From assembly GCA_045636605.1 (NCBI GenBank), contig JAZTXV010000017.1, positions 62,614 through 126,613 of the forward strand: DNA of 64,000 nt. Direction: 5' to 3'. Position 1 is the stretch's first letter, and every line of letters starts with the position of its first letter. A program made the position numbers and the translations under genes. The notes under the pieces were generated by a model, which was not told the origin of the DNA, ran no database searches, and was given only the letters and a program-made list of their open reading frames with translations. Of this stretch, positions 54,571 through 64,000 are shown piece by piece. Source of the DNA: Eubacteriales bacterium. Its GTDB lineage: Bacteria > Bacillota > Clostridia > Oscillospirales > CAG-272.

Positions 54571-54599
54571 TTGATTTTAATATTATAATGTTGTATAAT
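54571..54599 (+). promoter_or_regulatory. Promoter of the ABC/GldG-like operon
   Basis: TTGATT, 17-nt spacer, TGtTATAAT. Confidence 0.6.
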
Positions 54600-54692
54600 A
54601 TATCGTGGCACAGTAATGCAGTGTAACAGCGCAAGCAACGGCGCAAGAACAAGCCGAACGCTTGCTAAATTTTCAAGGAAAGGAAAAAACAG

Positions 54693-55634
54693 ATGATAGA
54701 AATCAAAAATCTTGTAAAAAGATATGGAAATCATTTTGCTCTTGACGATATCTCATTTACTGTAAATGATGGAGAAATCGTCGGCTTCCTCGGCCCTAAC
54801 GGTGCGGGAAAGTCCACGACAATGAATATAATCACGGGTTATCTTTCGTCCACATCGGGTACTGTCATTGTTGACGGCCACGATATCTTAGAGGAATCGC
54901 TTGAGGCGAAAAGGCTAATCGGATTTTTGCCCGAGCAGCCGCCGCTTTACATAGATATGACGGTTTGGGAATACCTGTGCTTTGTATATGATTTAAAGGG
55001 CTGTGAGTTTAACAAGACCAAGCATCTTGAGGAAATTTGCGAGCTTGTTAAGATTTCGGATGTAAAGCAACGCCTTATTCGCAATCTTTCAAAGGGATAT
55101 AAGCAAAGAGTGGGTATTGCAAGCGCGCTCGTTGGAAATCCAAAGATAATTATCTTTGACGAGCCGACGGTTGGACTTGATCCAAAGCAAATAATAGATA
55201 TAAGAAGCCTTATTCGTAACCTCGGAAGAAACCACACGGTTATTCTCTCCACGCACATAATGCAGGAGGTTCAGGCGGTTTGTGACAGAATTATTGTCAT
55301 CAACGAGGGTAAAATTATTGCCGACGAGAAGACGGCAAGCTTCAACAACGCAGTCAACCAAAACACAAGATACCGTGTAAAGATTTCGGGACCTCAAAAG
55401 GAGGTTTTGCGTCACCTTCGCTCGCTTGTCGGAATTGTCAGCTGTGAGCTTCACGGCGAAAGAGAGGGCGATGCCTTCACATACGATATTGAAAGCTCTC
55501 CAAGCATTGACATAAGAAAGAGCCTGTTCCGCGCTCTCGCCGACAAGGGCTGGCCGATGCTCGGTATGGAGCCGATAGGAATGGAGCTTGAGGACATATT
55601 CCTGAAGCTCATAAATAAAGGAGGTAGAAGATGA
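54693..55634 (+). CDS. ABC transporter ATP-binding protein (GldA-like)
   Basis: Walker A GPNGAGKST, signature LSKGYKQR and Walker B IIIFDEP. Confidence 0.85.
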   Translation: MIEIKNLVKRYGNHFALDDISFTVNDGEIVGFLGPNGAGKSTTMNIITGYLSSTSGTVIVDGHDILEESLEAKRLIGFLPEQPPLYIDMTVWEYLCFVYDLKGCEFNKTKHLEEICELVKISDVKQRLIRNLSKGYKQRVGIASALVGNPKIIIFDEPTVGLDPKQIIDIRSLIRNLGRNHTVILSTHIMQEVQAVCDRIIVINEGKIIADEKTASFNNAVNQNTRYRVKISGPQKEVLRHLRSLVGIVSCELHGEREGDAFTYDIESSPSIDIRKSLFRALADKGWPMLGMEPIGMELEDIFLKLINKGGRR

Positions 55635-56365
55635 TAGCGATTTTCAAGCGTGAAATGCGCTCATACTTTACAACCTCTACGGGCTATGTGTTCTTGGCGG
55701 TTGCGCTTGCTCTTTCGGGCATAGTGTTCGGCGCAAGCACTCTTTTAATGGGCTCCGGCGACACAGGTCCGTACTTTTCGCTTATGTTGTTCGTGCTTAT
55801 GATAATTCTTCCCATCCTCACAATGAAGACCTTCAGCGAGGAGAGAAGAACGAAAACGGAGCAGCTTCTGCTGACTGCGCCGATAACAACCACGCAAATG
55901 GTAATGGGAAAATTCCTCTCCTGCATTTGTATGTTTCTTGTTTTTCTTGTGCTCAGCTGTGTTAGCTTTATTCCGCTTTTTGCATATGCAAAGACAAACA
56001 CCGATGAAATAACAGAGCTTGCGCCCAATATAGCGCTTATCGTAGGAAATATGATAGCGATTATTCTTGTCGGAATGTGCTTTATTGCGATAGGTATATT
56101 CGTTTCCTCGCTTACCGAAAACCAGTTCGCAGCAGTCGTAATCACAATAGCAATTCTTCTGTTTTTGTTGCTTGTCGGACTCTTTAACGGCTTTATTGAA
56201 TCCTATGCGATAAGAACTGTTTTGAGCTGGCTTTCAATTTATTCGAGATTTACAAGCTTCACCTACGGAATATTTGACATAGGCGCGCTTATTTATTATC
56301 TGTCGATAAGCGGAGTGTTCCTGTTCTTGTCGGTGCGTGTCTTTGAGTCACGTAAATATCGTTAA
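55631..56365 (+). CDS. ABC-2 family permease (GldF-like)
   Basis: Six hydrophobic segments. 4-nt overlap with the ATPase gene. Confidence 0.75.
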   Translation: MIAIFKREMRSYFTTSTGYVFLAVALALSGIVFGASTLLMGSGDTGPYFSLMLFVLMIILPILTMKTFSEERRTKTEQLLLTAPITTTQMVMGKFLSCICMFLVFLVLSCVSFIPLFAYAKTNTDEITELAPNIALIVGNMIAIILVGMCFIAIGIFVSSLTENQFAAVVITIAILLFLLLVGLFNGFIESYAIRTVLSWLSIYSRFTSFTYGIFDIGALIYYLSISGVFLFLSVRVFESRKYR

Positions 56366-56377
56366 GGGGGTGCGACA

Positions 56378-57979
56378 ATGAAAAACGGATTTTTAAAATC
56401 ATTTGCCGACTCTCGAAAGATAAAGTATTCCTCTCTCAGTGTTGCCCTAAGTGCGATAATAATTGCGATTGTTGTAATACTGAACTCAATCACTGCCGTT
56501 CTGGCTGATAAATTCGGCTGGTACATTGATATGACGGACGATCAGGTTTTCACGCTCTCCGACGATGCGAAAAAGCTCCTCGAGGAGCTTAACGATGACG
56601 TTCAGCTGGAGATAGTTTTCCCGGCGAAAGAGGACGAAATTGAGAAAAATTACGCAAACTCCGTGACCTCGGGCTCAATAGGCTACATTCACTCAACCGC
56701 AGAGCAGATTGAGGAGGTATGCGACAATGTAACCGTTTCCTACCACGACGTAGATAAGGATTATCTGTTCTACAAGGATTTGGGAGTTCTTAACAAGGCG
56801 GGAGATAATAACATTCTCATTCTCCGCCGTGATGCGAAGGGCAACTACGTTGAGGGAGATTTCCGTGTGTATCCGATAAACTACTTCTATGTGGGCGACG
56901 AGGAGGGCAACCTCTACGGCTACAACGGAGAGCTTGTGTTTGTGTCGGCAATGCTTGCAATGGCGCAGGATACGGTTCCCACCGTTTATTTCACGATAGG
57001 ACACGGCGAGAGCTCGTTCAACGCAGATGTGATAATAGACTTTGAAAACATCAACGCAGAGTACATCAAGGGCAACATCGACGTCGGCGCGCTTGAGATG
57101 ATGAGAGTGTTCTGCGACAGTGGCTTCACGGTGAAGCCTCTTGATATCACCACCTCGGAAATTCCGAAGGATGCGCGCATAATCGTCATAAATCAGCCAC
57201 AGGGTGACCTTGATGATGCGGAGCTTTACAAATTAGATATGTATCTTAAGGACGAGGGCACGGTGTTTATGTTCACCCCTCACGACAAGGAGCTTCCTAA
57301 TTTGTATGCCACACTTGAGGCAAGCTATGGCGTTAAGGTAAACGTAAGCGCAACACCCGTCGAGGACTCCTCGACCGAGTTTGGAATAACGGGCGCAACG
57401 GGCAAGTACTATACACTTTTGGCAAATGTGTCAAAGGATGACGGAGGCTTCGCTTCAAATCAGTATTTCAGCGCTCTTAATTCATATACATCTCTTAGAG
57501 CCCGCTTCTACAATTCGGCGACCTTGACCATAAATCCCGAATATATGAACAAGAACGGACACCCCGAGGGAAGCTACTTCAAATACACATACCCGCTTCT
57601 TGAAACGACCTCAAACGCAACCTTTGACGGCGAAAAGAAGGTACATCACCTTATGAGCGTTACGTCGATTTGGGAATGGGATTATGAAAATCAGTCAAGC
57701 AAGTATTCGTATCTTGTGGTATGCCCGTCAAGCGGATTTGCATCGCCCGAGTTCTTGACGCTGTCAAGCGCACCGAATAAGGACATGGTCTTGTCCTTGA
57801 TTCAGACCACCTCGAGCATCCAAACTCCTGTCAATATGGGCTATAAGACCTTTATGAATTACAGACTTGATATAACCGACCGTCAGGCACAGGGCACAAC
57901 TATAATGCTTGCAACGATATTGCCTGCCGCTGTGGTTATATGCGGAATAGTTATTATCGTAAGGAGAAAGCACAGATAA
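56378..57979 (+). CDS. GldG-like ABC transporter auxiliary protein
   Basis: N- and C-terminal TM anchors flank a large extracytoplasmic domain. Its position after GldA/F-like genes is typical. Confidence 0.65.
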   Translation: MKNGFLKSFADSRKIKYSSLSVALSAIIIAIVVILNSITAVLADKFGWYIDMTDDQVFTLSDDAKKLLEELNDDVQLEIVFPAKEDEIEKNYANSVTSGSIGYIHSTAEQIEEVCDNVTVSYHDVDKDYLFYKDLGVLNKAGDNNILILRRDAKGNYVEGDFRVYPINYFYVGDEEGNLYGYNGELVFVSAMLAMAQDTVPTVYFTIGHGESSFNADVIIDFENINAEYIKGNIDVGALEMMRVFCDSGFTVKPLDITTSEIPKDARIIVINQPQGDLDDAELYKLDMYLKDEGTVFMFTPHDKELPNLYATLEASYGVKVNVSATPVEDSSTEFGITGATGKYYTLLANVSKDDGGFASNQYFSALNSYTSLRARFYNSATLTINPEYMNKNGHPEGSYFKYTYPLLETTSNATFDGEKKVHHLMSVTSIWEWDYENQSSKYSYLVVCPSSGFASPEFLTLSSAPNKDMVLSLIQTTSSIQTPVNMGYKTFMNYRLDITDRQAQGTTIMLATILPAAVVICGIVIIVRRKHR

Positions 57980-59667
57980 TGAAAATGAAGAAAAAGAAAA
58001 TAACCATAGCGGTGCTTTTCGGCGTGCTTGTGGCTTTGATTCTTTTGTACTTCCTCGTTATAGCGCCGCTTATGGAAAATCAGGGCACACAAACCATAGA
58101 GCCCGCAACTCCGCAAGAGGGAGAGGGCTTGTATTACGGCTCTCTTACTATGTTTCCCGTAATCAAGGATGATGATGTCATTTCGATAACGATAACCAAC
58201 TCTCACGGAACGTTTTCCTTTGAAAACAAAATAAGCGAAAGCTCCGGAAATTATGCGCTCAGGCTTGCGGAATACCCAAGGCTTACTCTCAACAGTAAGA
58301 TCCTTACCGAGCTCAGAGTTTATGCTCTGAACACTCAATGCGTAAACCCCGAGCCCCTAAGAGATTGCTCCCCCGAGATGATGGCGAAATACGGCGTCAC
58401 AAAGGACACCTGCACAGCCACCTATACAGTCAAATTCAAGGAAAACGGAGAGGAGAAATCCCATACCGTGTATATAGGTGACAAAACCCTTGCCGCAAGC
58501 GGCTCATACTTTGCAACCGTTGAGGGACGTGATGTAATTTACGAGGTCGATTCGGGCATTGAGGGCGGAATTTTGTTGGCTCAAACAGATTTTGTCGATA
58601 CTCTTATTGCCTCACAATACACAAGCACAGAGGTCGTTTACGAGGTAAACAAAATTCTCATAGGAAATTCGGGCACCTCGACTCCGTTCGTCGGAATAGG
58701 TGCGAACAGAATTGAAAATGCGGACACCGTAATGGTAAAATACACGGTACAGTACCCGACGAATGCGAAAAACGTCAGCGCAAGCACCGATTACATATCG
58801 AAGGCGCTAAATGCTCTGCTCGTTAATTTTACGGGAAGCAGAGTGGTGCAAATTGATCCCGATGAGCAAACCCGTGCAAAATACGGGCTTGACGCATCAA
58901 GCACGAAAAAAATCGTCAGCGTAGGCACCTTTGATGACAAGGAATTTGTCTTTACGCTGAGCCAAAAAATGAAAAATGAGAATGGCGTAGATTGCTATTA
59001 TCTCTATGCAGGCCCCGCAACCGACAAGGATGTGGCGCTAATAATCGAGGTAACGGCATTGGGCTACGAGTTCTTAGAGGAAGAAAACGCAATAAAATGG
59101 GTTGCTACTAACTCATTTGAGGCGGGCTTCACAAAGTATATCTACGAAAACGCCGAGGTTGGCGAAAGCGGAGTTGCAGATATCACAATATCGGCAAACA
59201 CCAATGCAATAAAGGACTTTAAGGACAAATTCATCCTTGAGCACTCACCCCATCCCACAGACGCTTCAAAGGGCGACATTCTTACCGTTACCTCGGAAAG
59301 CGGAAGATACACCTTTGTAGATTTGACTAACGTGGAGGATTCCTCGTATAAAAATGAATTTAGAAACTTTTATGCTATAATGGTAAACTATCCTATGCCA
59401 AACCGCTTCAACACCATGACGGCAGCTGAGCGAGAGGCGAAAAAGACGCAGGAAAATCTCATTCTGAGCATAAGAGTTACGTTGAATGACGGCACAAAAA
59501 TGGGCTATGACTATTATAAGCTTGATGCCGCAAACGTTATGTGCGAGTTCTTTGACGATAAAAACCCCGAGCCAACGGTGGTATTTGACACAACGATTCA
59601 GCACGTCGATATCTTTGCAACGGCGCTAAGTCAGCTCGTAAGCGGAGAGCACGTTGAAAAGCACTAA
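57979..59667 (+). CDS. DUF4340-like membrane-anchored protein
   Basis: N-terminal TM helix. TAATG coupling to the GldG-like gene. I prefer the start at MKMKKKK (57979). Confidence 0.5.
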   Translation: MKMKKKKITIAVLFGVLVALILLYFLVIAPLMENQGTQTIEPATPQEGEGLYYGSLTMFPVIKDDDVISITITNSHGTFSFENKISESSGNYALRLAEYPRLTLNSKILTELRVYALNTQCVNPEPLRDCSPEMMAKYGVTKDTCTATYTVKFKENGEEKSHTVYIGDKTLAASGSYFATVEGRDVIYEVDSGIEGGILLAQTDFVDTLIASQYTSTEVVYEVNKILIGNSGTSTPFVGIGANRIENADTVMVKYTVQYPTNAKNVSASTDYISKALNALLVNFTGSRVVQIDPDEQTRAKYGLDASSTKKIVSVGTFDDKEFVFTLSQKMKNENGVDCYYLYAGPATDKDVALIIEVTALGYEFLEEENAIKWVATNSFEAGFTKYIYENAEVGESGVADITISANTNAIKDFKDKFILEHSPHPTDASKGDILTVTSESGRYTFVDLTNVEDSSYKNEFRNFYAIMVNYPMPNRFNTMTAAEREAKKTQENLILSIRVTLNDGTKMGYDYYKLDAANVMCEFFDDKNPEPTVVFDTTIQHVDIFATALSQLVSGEHVEKH

Positions 59668-60012
59668 TGTGCTACGCACAATGCGGAGTGAGGAATGCGG
59701 AATGCGGAATGCGGAATGAAATTGCTTCGTGGGTGATTTTTAAATCAAGGCTAAACGAAAGCGGGAATTGCCTCAGGCGCTTGCCTGCGGAGTGCGGAAT
59801 GCGGAATGAAATTGCTTCGTGGGTGATTTTTAAATCAAGGCTAAACGAAAGCGGAGATTGCCTCGGACGCTTGTCCGTGCGGAATGCGGAGTGCTACGCA
59901 CAATGCGGAATGCGGAATGAGGAGTGCGGAGTGAGGAATGAAATTGCTTCGTGGGTGATTTTTAAATCAAGGCTAAACGAAAGCGGAGATTGCCTCGGAT
60001 GCTTATCCGTGC
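59668..60012 (+). repeat. Array of three ~80-nt structured repeats interleaved with a GGAATGC heptamer microsatellite
   Basis: Cores start at 59713, 59803 and 59935 (ggaatgaaattgcttcgtgggtgatttttaaatcaaggctaaacgaaagcgg...). Heptamers run at 59692-59712. gtgctacgcacaatgcgga is duplicated at 59669 and 59891. Confidence 0.9.
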
Positions 60013-60128
60013 GTGTCGAGGCTCTCGACTGCCTCGGACTCAGAAAAATAATTTGATTTCTTTTTGTAAGCTTTTTCTTCCAAAGAAAAAGCAAGGAAAT
60101 ATATGCGTAATGAAAGGACACAACAGCT

Positions 60129-62468
60129 ATGGAATACAAGTACGGCTATTTCAATGAAGCGGGAGACGAATTTGTAATAACCTCTCCCAAAACACCAAGA
60201 CCATTCGACAACTTTCTTTTTAACGACTCGTGCTATGCAAACGTGCATCAGACGGGTATTGGATGCTTCGATTACCAAATCGACGGTAAGGAGGGTATTC
60301 AGCTTTACACGGGCGTAGGAAGAATTTGTGACTACGACGTTTTCGGAAAGGACCACCTATACAACAGACTTATATTCATTCGTGACAACGAAACGGGCGA
60401 ATTTTGGACTCTCAACTGGGAGCCCGTGTGCCATCCGTATCAGGAATATAAGTGTGTGCAAGGACTCGGTTACACAGACATAACCAACAAAACAAACGAC
60501 CTTGTGTCTAAAATGCGTATATTTGTACCTATCGGCACAGACGCAGTTGAGATGTGGAAGCTCTCATTCAAGAACGAAACGGGCAAGAAGAAATCATATT
60601 CAATCTTTACATATAGCCAAATACAGTTCCGCTTCAAGTGGGGCTTTGACAGCTACGGCGATACAATGTACCGCGCAACTCGCTTTGACAAGGAAAGAAA
60701 CACCTTCTATATGACAAAGCACCCGTTCATTAAGCCACATAACTACCTTACTGCATTTATGACCGCAGATAAGGAAATCGTTGGCAGTGACGGATGTCAG
60801 AACGTGTTCGTTGGCGAATACGGAACAATAGGCGCACCCGAGGTTGTAAGAGAGGGTGCTTGCAAGAACTCGATAGGCTCTGCAAACGCAACAATATGCA
60901 CGCTTCAGTTCAATATCGAGCTTGATGCGGGAGAAAGCGACGAGATTTCTCTTATGCTTGGCGTAGGTAGCGAGGAAAACGATTCAATCGCCCTTGCAAG
61001 CAAGTACCTTGCAAATCAAGACAAGTATTTCGAGGAAATGAAATCGCACTACAAGGCGATGTATAACAAAAACCACATTACCACAACCGACGAGCATTTT
61101 GACCGTCTTATCAACTACTGGGGCAAGCACGCAACGCACTTTGGCGCAACCTGGTGCCGTTGGGGCTATAATGGCTACCGTGATATCGTTCAACACGGCT
61201 TCGGTGTTGTTTCCTTCAAGACGGAGAGAACAAAGCAGATTTTGAAGGAGGCAATTCAAAATCAGTACGCAAGCGGAATGGCAGTTCGTGGTTGGAATCC
61301 CGTTGATACAAAGGCGTACTCCGACTCTGCGCTTTGGCTTGAATTTACACTCACCGCTTACTTAAGAGAAAGCGGAGATATCGACTTTTTGAACGAGGTT
61401 TACCCCTTCAGAGATGAGGGCGAGGCAACTGTTCTCGGTCATATGGACAGAGCCCTTGACTTCCTTGAGTCGAATAAGGGTGAGCACGACCTTCTTCTTA
61501 TCAAATTCGGCGACTGGAATGACTCTCTTACCGGCGTAGGTAAGGAGGGTAGAGGTGAGAGCGTATGGCTCTCCATCGCATATGCACAGGCGCTTCTCGA
61601 AATGGCAGAGCTTGCTCGTTTTATGGGCGATGAGGCTAAGGAAAAGAACTACCTCTCTCGCCGTGAGGCAATAATGAAGGCGATCAATGAGAATGCTTGG
61701 GACGGCGAATGGTACAGACGCTGCTATACCGATAACGGCTCACCTCTTGGAAGCGTACAGAACAAGTATGCAAAGATGTTTATGGAGCCACAGTGCTGGT
61801 CACTCATTTCGGGCGTTGCAAGCGAGGAAAGAGCAAACACCATAATCAGAGCTATGGACGAGAGAATGCTCACTCCTGTTGGATATCTCCTTCTTACCCC
61901 ATCCTATAAGGAGTTCGATGCTACAATCGGACGTATCTCCTCAATGGAGCCGGGCATTTGCGAGAACGGAACAATTTATTCACATACAAACATCTGGATG
62001 ATTTTGGGACTCCTTAAATACGGCAAGGCAGACCTTGCATACGAGCTGTTCAAGAAGATAGCTCCCGGCTATATCGTAGGCGACAACACCGAAATCAAGA
62101 ACAAGTGCTTGCCATATATGTTCTCGAACTGCTACTTTGGCCCCGAGCATAAGAATAGCGCATTCCAGATGGAATATAGCTGGATTACAGGCTCTGTTGC
62201 TTGGTACACAAACACAATGGAGAACTATCTCGTTGGCGCAAGAGCAACCTATGAGGGACTCGTAATCGAGCCACATCTCCCCTTTGAGAGCGCAAAAATG
62301 AAGCGTCTTTTCCGTGGCGCAGAGTACGAAATCACCGTATCGAACCCACAAAAGAAGGCAAAGGACTACACTCTTGAAATCACAGTTGACGGCAAAGCAA
62401 TCGACGGCAACATTGTTCCCGCCTTCGCAGACGGCAAAACTCATACGGTTTGCGTAATCGTAAAATAA
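60129..62468 (+). CDS. GH94-like glycoside phosphorylase (cellobiose/chitobiose phosphorylase family)
   Basis: The N-terminus YGYFNEAGDEFVITSPKTPRPFDNFL is collinear with cellobiose phosphorylases. Catalytic-region FGDWNDSL motif. 779 aa. Confidence 0.75.
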   Translation: MEYKYGYFNEAGDEFVITSPKTPRPFDNFLFNDSCYANVHQTGIGCFDYQIDGKEGIQLYTGVGRICDYDVFGKDHLYNRLIFIRDNETGEFWTLNWEPVCHPYQEYKCVQGLGYTDITNKTNDLVSKMRIFVPIGTDAVEMWKLSFKNETGKKKSYSIFTYSQIQFRFKWGFDSYGDTMYRATRFDKERNTFYMTKHPFIKPHNYLTAFMTADKEIVGSDGCQNVFVGEYGTIGAPEVVREGACKNSIGSANATICTLQFNIELDAGESDEISLMLGVGSEENDSIALASKYLANQDKYFEEMKSHYKAMYNKNHITTTDEHFDRLINYWGKHATHFGATWCRWGYNGYRDIVQHGFGVVSFKTERTKQILKEAIQNQYASGMAVRGWNPVDTKAYSDSALWLEFTLTAYLRESGDIDFLNEVYPFRDEGEATVLGHMDRALDFLESNKGEHDLLLIKFGDWNDSLTGVGKEGRGESVWLSIAYAQALLEMAELARFMGDEAKEKNYLSRREAIMKAINENAWDGEWYRRCYTDNGSPLGSVQNKYAKMFMEPQCWSLISGVASEERANTIIRAMDERMLTPVGYLLLTPSYKEFDATIGRISSMEPGICENGTIYSHTNIWMILGLLKYGKADLAYELFKKIAPGYIVGDNTEIKNKCLPYMFSNCYFGPEHKNSAFQMEYSWITGSVAWYTNTMENYLVGARATYEGLVIEPHLPFESAKMKRLFRGAEYEITVSNPQKKAKDYTLEITVDGKAIDGNIVPAFADGKTHTVCVIVK

Positions 62469-62482
62469 TTCACATAAAACAC

Positions 62483-62512
62483 AAAAAACCGACACTCTGT
62501 GTCGGTTTTTTA
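62483..62512. terminator. Bidirectional terminator
   Basis: aaccgacac tct gtgtcggtt stem flanked by A6 and T6. Confidence 0.8.
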
Positions 62513-62580
62513 TTTAATGCTCTGTCGTAACATGATTAAAGAGCTGCTTTACAGGCTCGGAGTGTGCTTGTCAAGGTCGC

Positions 62581-64000
62581 CTAATCGGTAGGCGGAGGGT
62601 AGCATCGAGTCATATACGCAAGACTGTTTTTGAGATAGTCCTTTACAAAATCGACCTGTCCCTGCCACGAGGTGATTCGTATAAGCGAATCGGGATTTGG
62701 CCAAACATAAGTGCCGAGAAGCTTCCAACGCTCGAAATTTCTGTCAAAGCTCACCTTGTGCTCGTCAAGATATGCGTATGCCTCGGCAAGACGGTTCTCA
62801 ATTACGGGAGTGTATTGCTCCAAAAGCTCGCCAACGAGCGCCTTGAACTCCTCATGATACAAAAGATTTCCAAACCACGTGTTGTCCATTTTCGCCCAAA
62901 GTGAATCGTGACGGCGCGCACTCTCGTTGTTGCGTACGTTTCCTACACTGCGGTCAAAGTCCCACACAGGGCCACAGCAAAGCCTTCCGCCCGCATCCTT
63001 ATACATATAAAAGCTCGAATAACCGACGTCAACACACTTGAACATCTCAAAAATTATGTACGCCTTAGCAAAGGATTCTGTGTCAATTAGCGATTCTACA
63101 AGCGAATAATCGTTACCGTAGACGGCATTCATACAGCTTGTCATGTATTGCTGAATAAACGATATTTGAGATTCGCTCAGCTCGTTTGGCTCCTTAATCG
63201 AATACGGAGTGCCGTTTATGTAGAAGCTGTTTCCGTCAAGACGCTTATCAAGCTCAACAATGTAGCCTCTGTCATCAGCGCTTCCGTTATCAATATCGAC
63301 ACGCCCGTTTCCAATCTCAATTTGGTCACAAACAAGATACACTCCTCGGTATTCACCGTTCAGATAAAGGTCAACAAACTGTACCGAGCTTGTTCCCTCA
63401 AGCCCTATTGCGTCGGCGGCAGAGTAGGCGAGATAATTTCTTACAAGGCTCAAATCAAAGTGATTTGATATTAAGGTCCATTTTTTTGCCTTTCCGTTGC
63501 CAAACAGGTCAATGGCATCGTCGAATTTAATTCTGTACGAGCGCTTGTCAATCTCAAACGAGGTGTTTCCTCGTCCACGTATGTGCAATGGCTCCTTTTG
63601 AATATCATAATCACCTGCATTTGACACGGTAACAAAGCCACGAAGTCCGACCTTGCTTATTCTGTTCTCCTCGCCGTCGGTTGTAATTGACATAACCGGC
63701 AGGGTAAGGTCCTCTCTTGCAAAAATTGCAACAACCTCCGTGTCGGCGGTGACGGTAATTTGTATTGTATCGCTCGTTTCTCCCGTATCCCAGCACACGA
63801 AGCGATAGCCCGTCTGCGGAATAGCGCGGACAAAGGCGCTTTTTTCGCCGTGAGGGACGCTTTGCTTTTCAAAGCCACTGAAATATCCTTGATATTTAGC
63901 GCAGGTAAAGGTCACCGTGTGGAGCTTTTCAAACCTCGCTTCAAGAACAATGCTCTGAGTCGGCGAGTCAACACGAACCGAGGATTTTGCCCCGTCACTC
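62581..64000 (-). CDS. CotH kinase family protein with an N-terminal Listeria-Bacteroides-type repeat; 5' end outside the window
   Basis: RSYRIKFD...KKWTLISNHFDLSLVRNYLAYS...GEYRGVYLVCDQIE is typical of CotH. The reading frame stays open from 63915 to the window edge, so the track start (GTG at 63915) is probably internal. Confidence 0.75.
   Translation of the reverse strand, partial: SDGAKSSVRVDSPTQSIVLEARFEKLHTVTFTCAKYQGYFSGFEKQSVPHGEKSAFVRAIPQTGYRFVCWDTGETSDTIQITVTADTEVVAIFAREDLTLPVMSITTDGEENRISKVGLRGFVTVSNAGDYDIQKEPLHIRGRGNTSFEIDKRSYRIKFDDAIDLFGNGKAKKWTLISNHFDLSLVRNYLAYSAADAIGLEGTSSVQFVDLYLNGEYRGVYLVCDQIEIGNGRVDIDNGSADDRGYIVELDKRLDGNSFYINGTPYSIKEPNELSESQISFIQQYMTSCMNAVYGNDYSLVESLIDTESFAKAYIIFEMFKCVDVGYSSFYMYKDAGGRLCCGPVWDFDRSVGNVRNNESARRHDSLWAKMDNTWFGNLLYHEEFKALVGELLEQYTPVIENRLAEAYAYLDEHKVSFDRNFERWKLLGTYVWPNPDSLIRITSWQGQVDFVKDYLKNSLAYMTRCYPPPTD

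Noticed and set aside
59668-60012. CRISPR array.
   Set aside because: There are only three repeats of about 80 nt. The spacers are 12-54 nt of heptamer microsatellite and duplicated sequence, not unique spacers. No cas genes are present in the window.
59667-60056. 129-aa ORF spanning the repeat array (three ECGMRNEIASWVIFKSRLNESG.CL units) as a genuine repeat protein.
   Set aside because: The differences between copies are paired stem changes (caggc/gcctg, cggac/gtccg, cggat/atccg), which fit nucleic-acid structure better than protein constraint. The only SD-like GGAG is about 17 nt from the ATG. I kept it as an alternative in the finding because TAATG coupling exists.
60070-60092. 10-bp perfect hairpin gctttttctt cca aagaaaaagc as a terminator.
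   Set aside because: It has no T-run on either strand. It lies 37 nt upstream of the GH94 start, so it is more likely a leader structure. There is not enough evidence to call a function.

Overview
64-kb chromosomal window of roughly 50% GC. The SCIFF peptide and its maturase, BspA-type LRR surface proteins and many glycoside hydrolases suggest a Clostridia-class gut anaerobe. All calls rest on reading the ORF translations and the DNA by eye; no searches were run.

Gene content, left to right:
- 3' end of a SCIFF RiPP precursor, its SPASM radical-SAM maturase, and a coupled PLP decarboxylase.
- Three tandem paralogous MORN-repeat proteins.
- An EF-G-like GTPase, a metallophosphoesterase, and a CofE-like protein.
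- A BspA-type LRR surface protein with a G12 tract upstream of its promoter.
- A HAD hydrolase and a GH5-like hydrolase.
- Divergent tRNA-Ser(GCU) and tRNA-Arg(ACG) genes.
- A low-GC island of about 5.4 kb: AraC regulator, a 1161-aa secreted GLUG/MBL/LamG protein, a coupled 52-aa ORF, a small lipoprotein and an IS3 transposase relic.
- GH31, GDPD, EEP, a second LRR lipoprotein, and two paralogous GH39-like hydrolases flanking a polytopic membrane protein.
- A minus-strand operon of about 15 kb and 16 genes for a rhamnose-containing, ABC-transporter-exported cell-wall polysaccharide (rfbABCD, Wzm/Wzt-like, GT2/GT4/GT-C-like, and a methyltransferase/coiled-coil/2xGT2 fusion).
- A GldA/F/G-like ABC module with a DUF4340-like gene, a GH94-like phosphorylase, and a truncated CotH protein.

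The most unusual signals are non-coding:
1. Two tandem ~165-nt structured units and one 58-nt mini-unit are linked to tRNA-Arg. Their hairpins differ by fully compensatory changes, their 3' ends copy the tRNA-Arg 3' end, and they bracket the low-GC island.
2. A three-copy ~80-nt structured repeat is interleaved with a GGAATGC heptamer microsatellite upstream of the GH94 gene.
3. A dispersed, nested hairpin-type intergenic element has GGCTMTG...CATAGCC ends.
4. A G12 homopolymer flanked by 13-nt direct repeats lies between divergent promoters.
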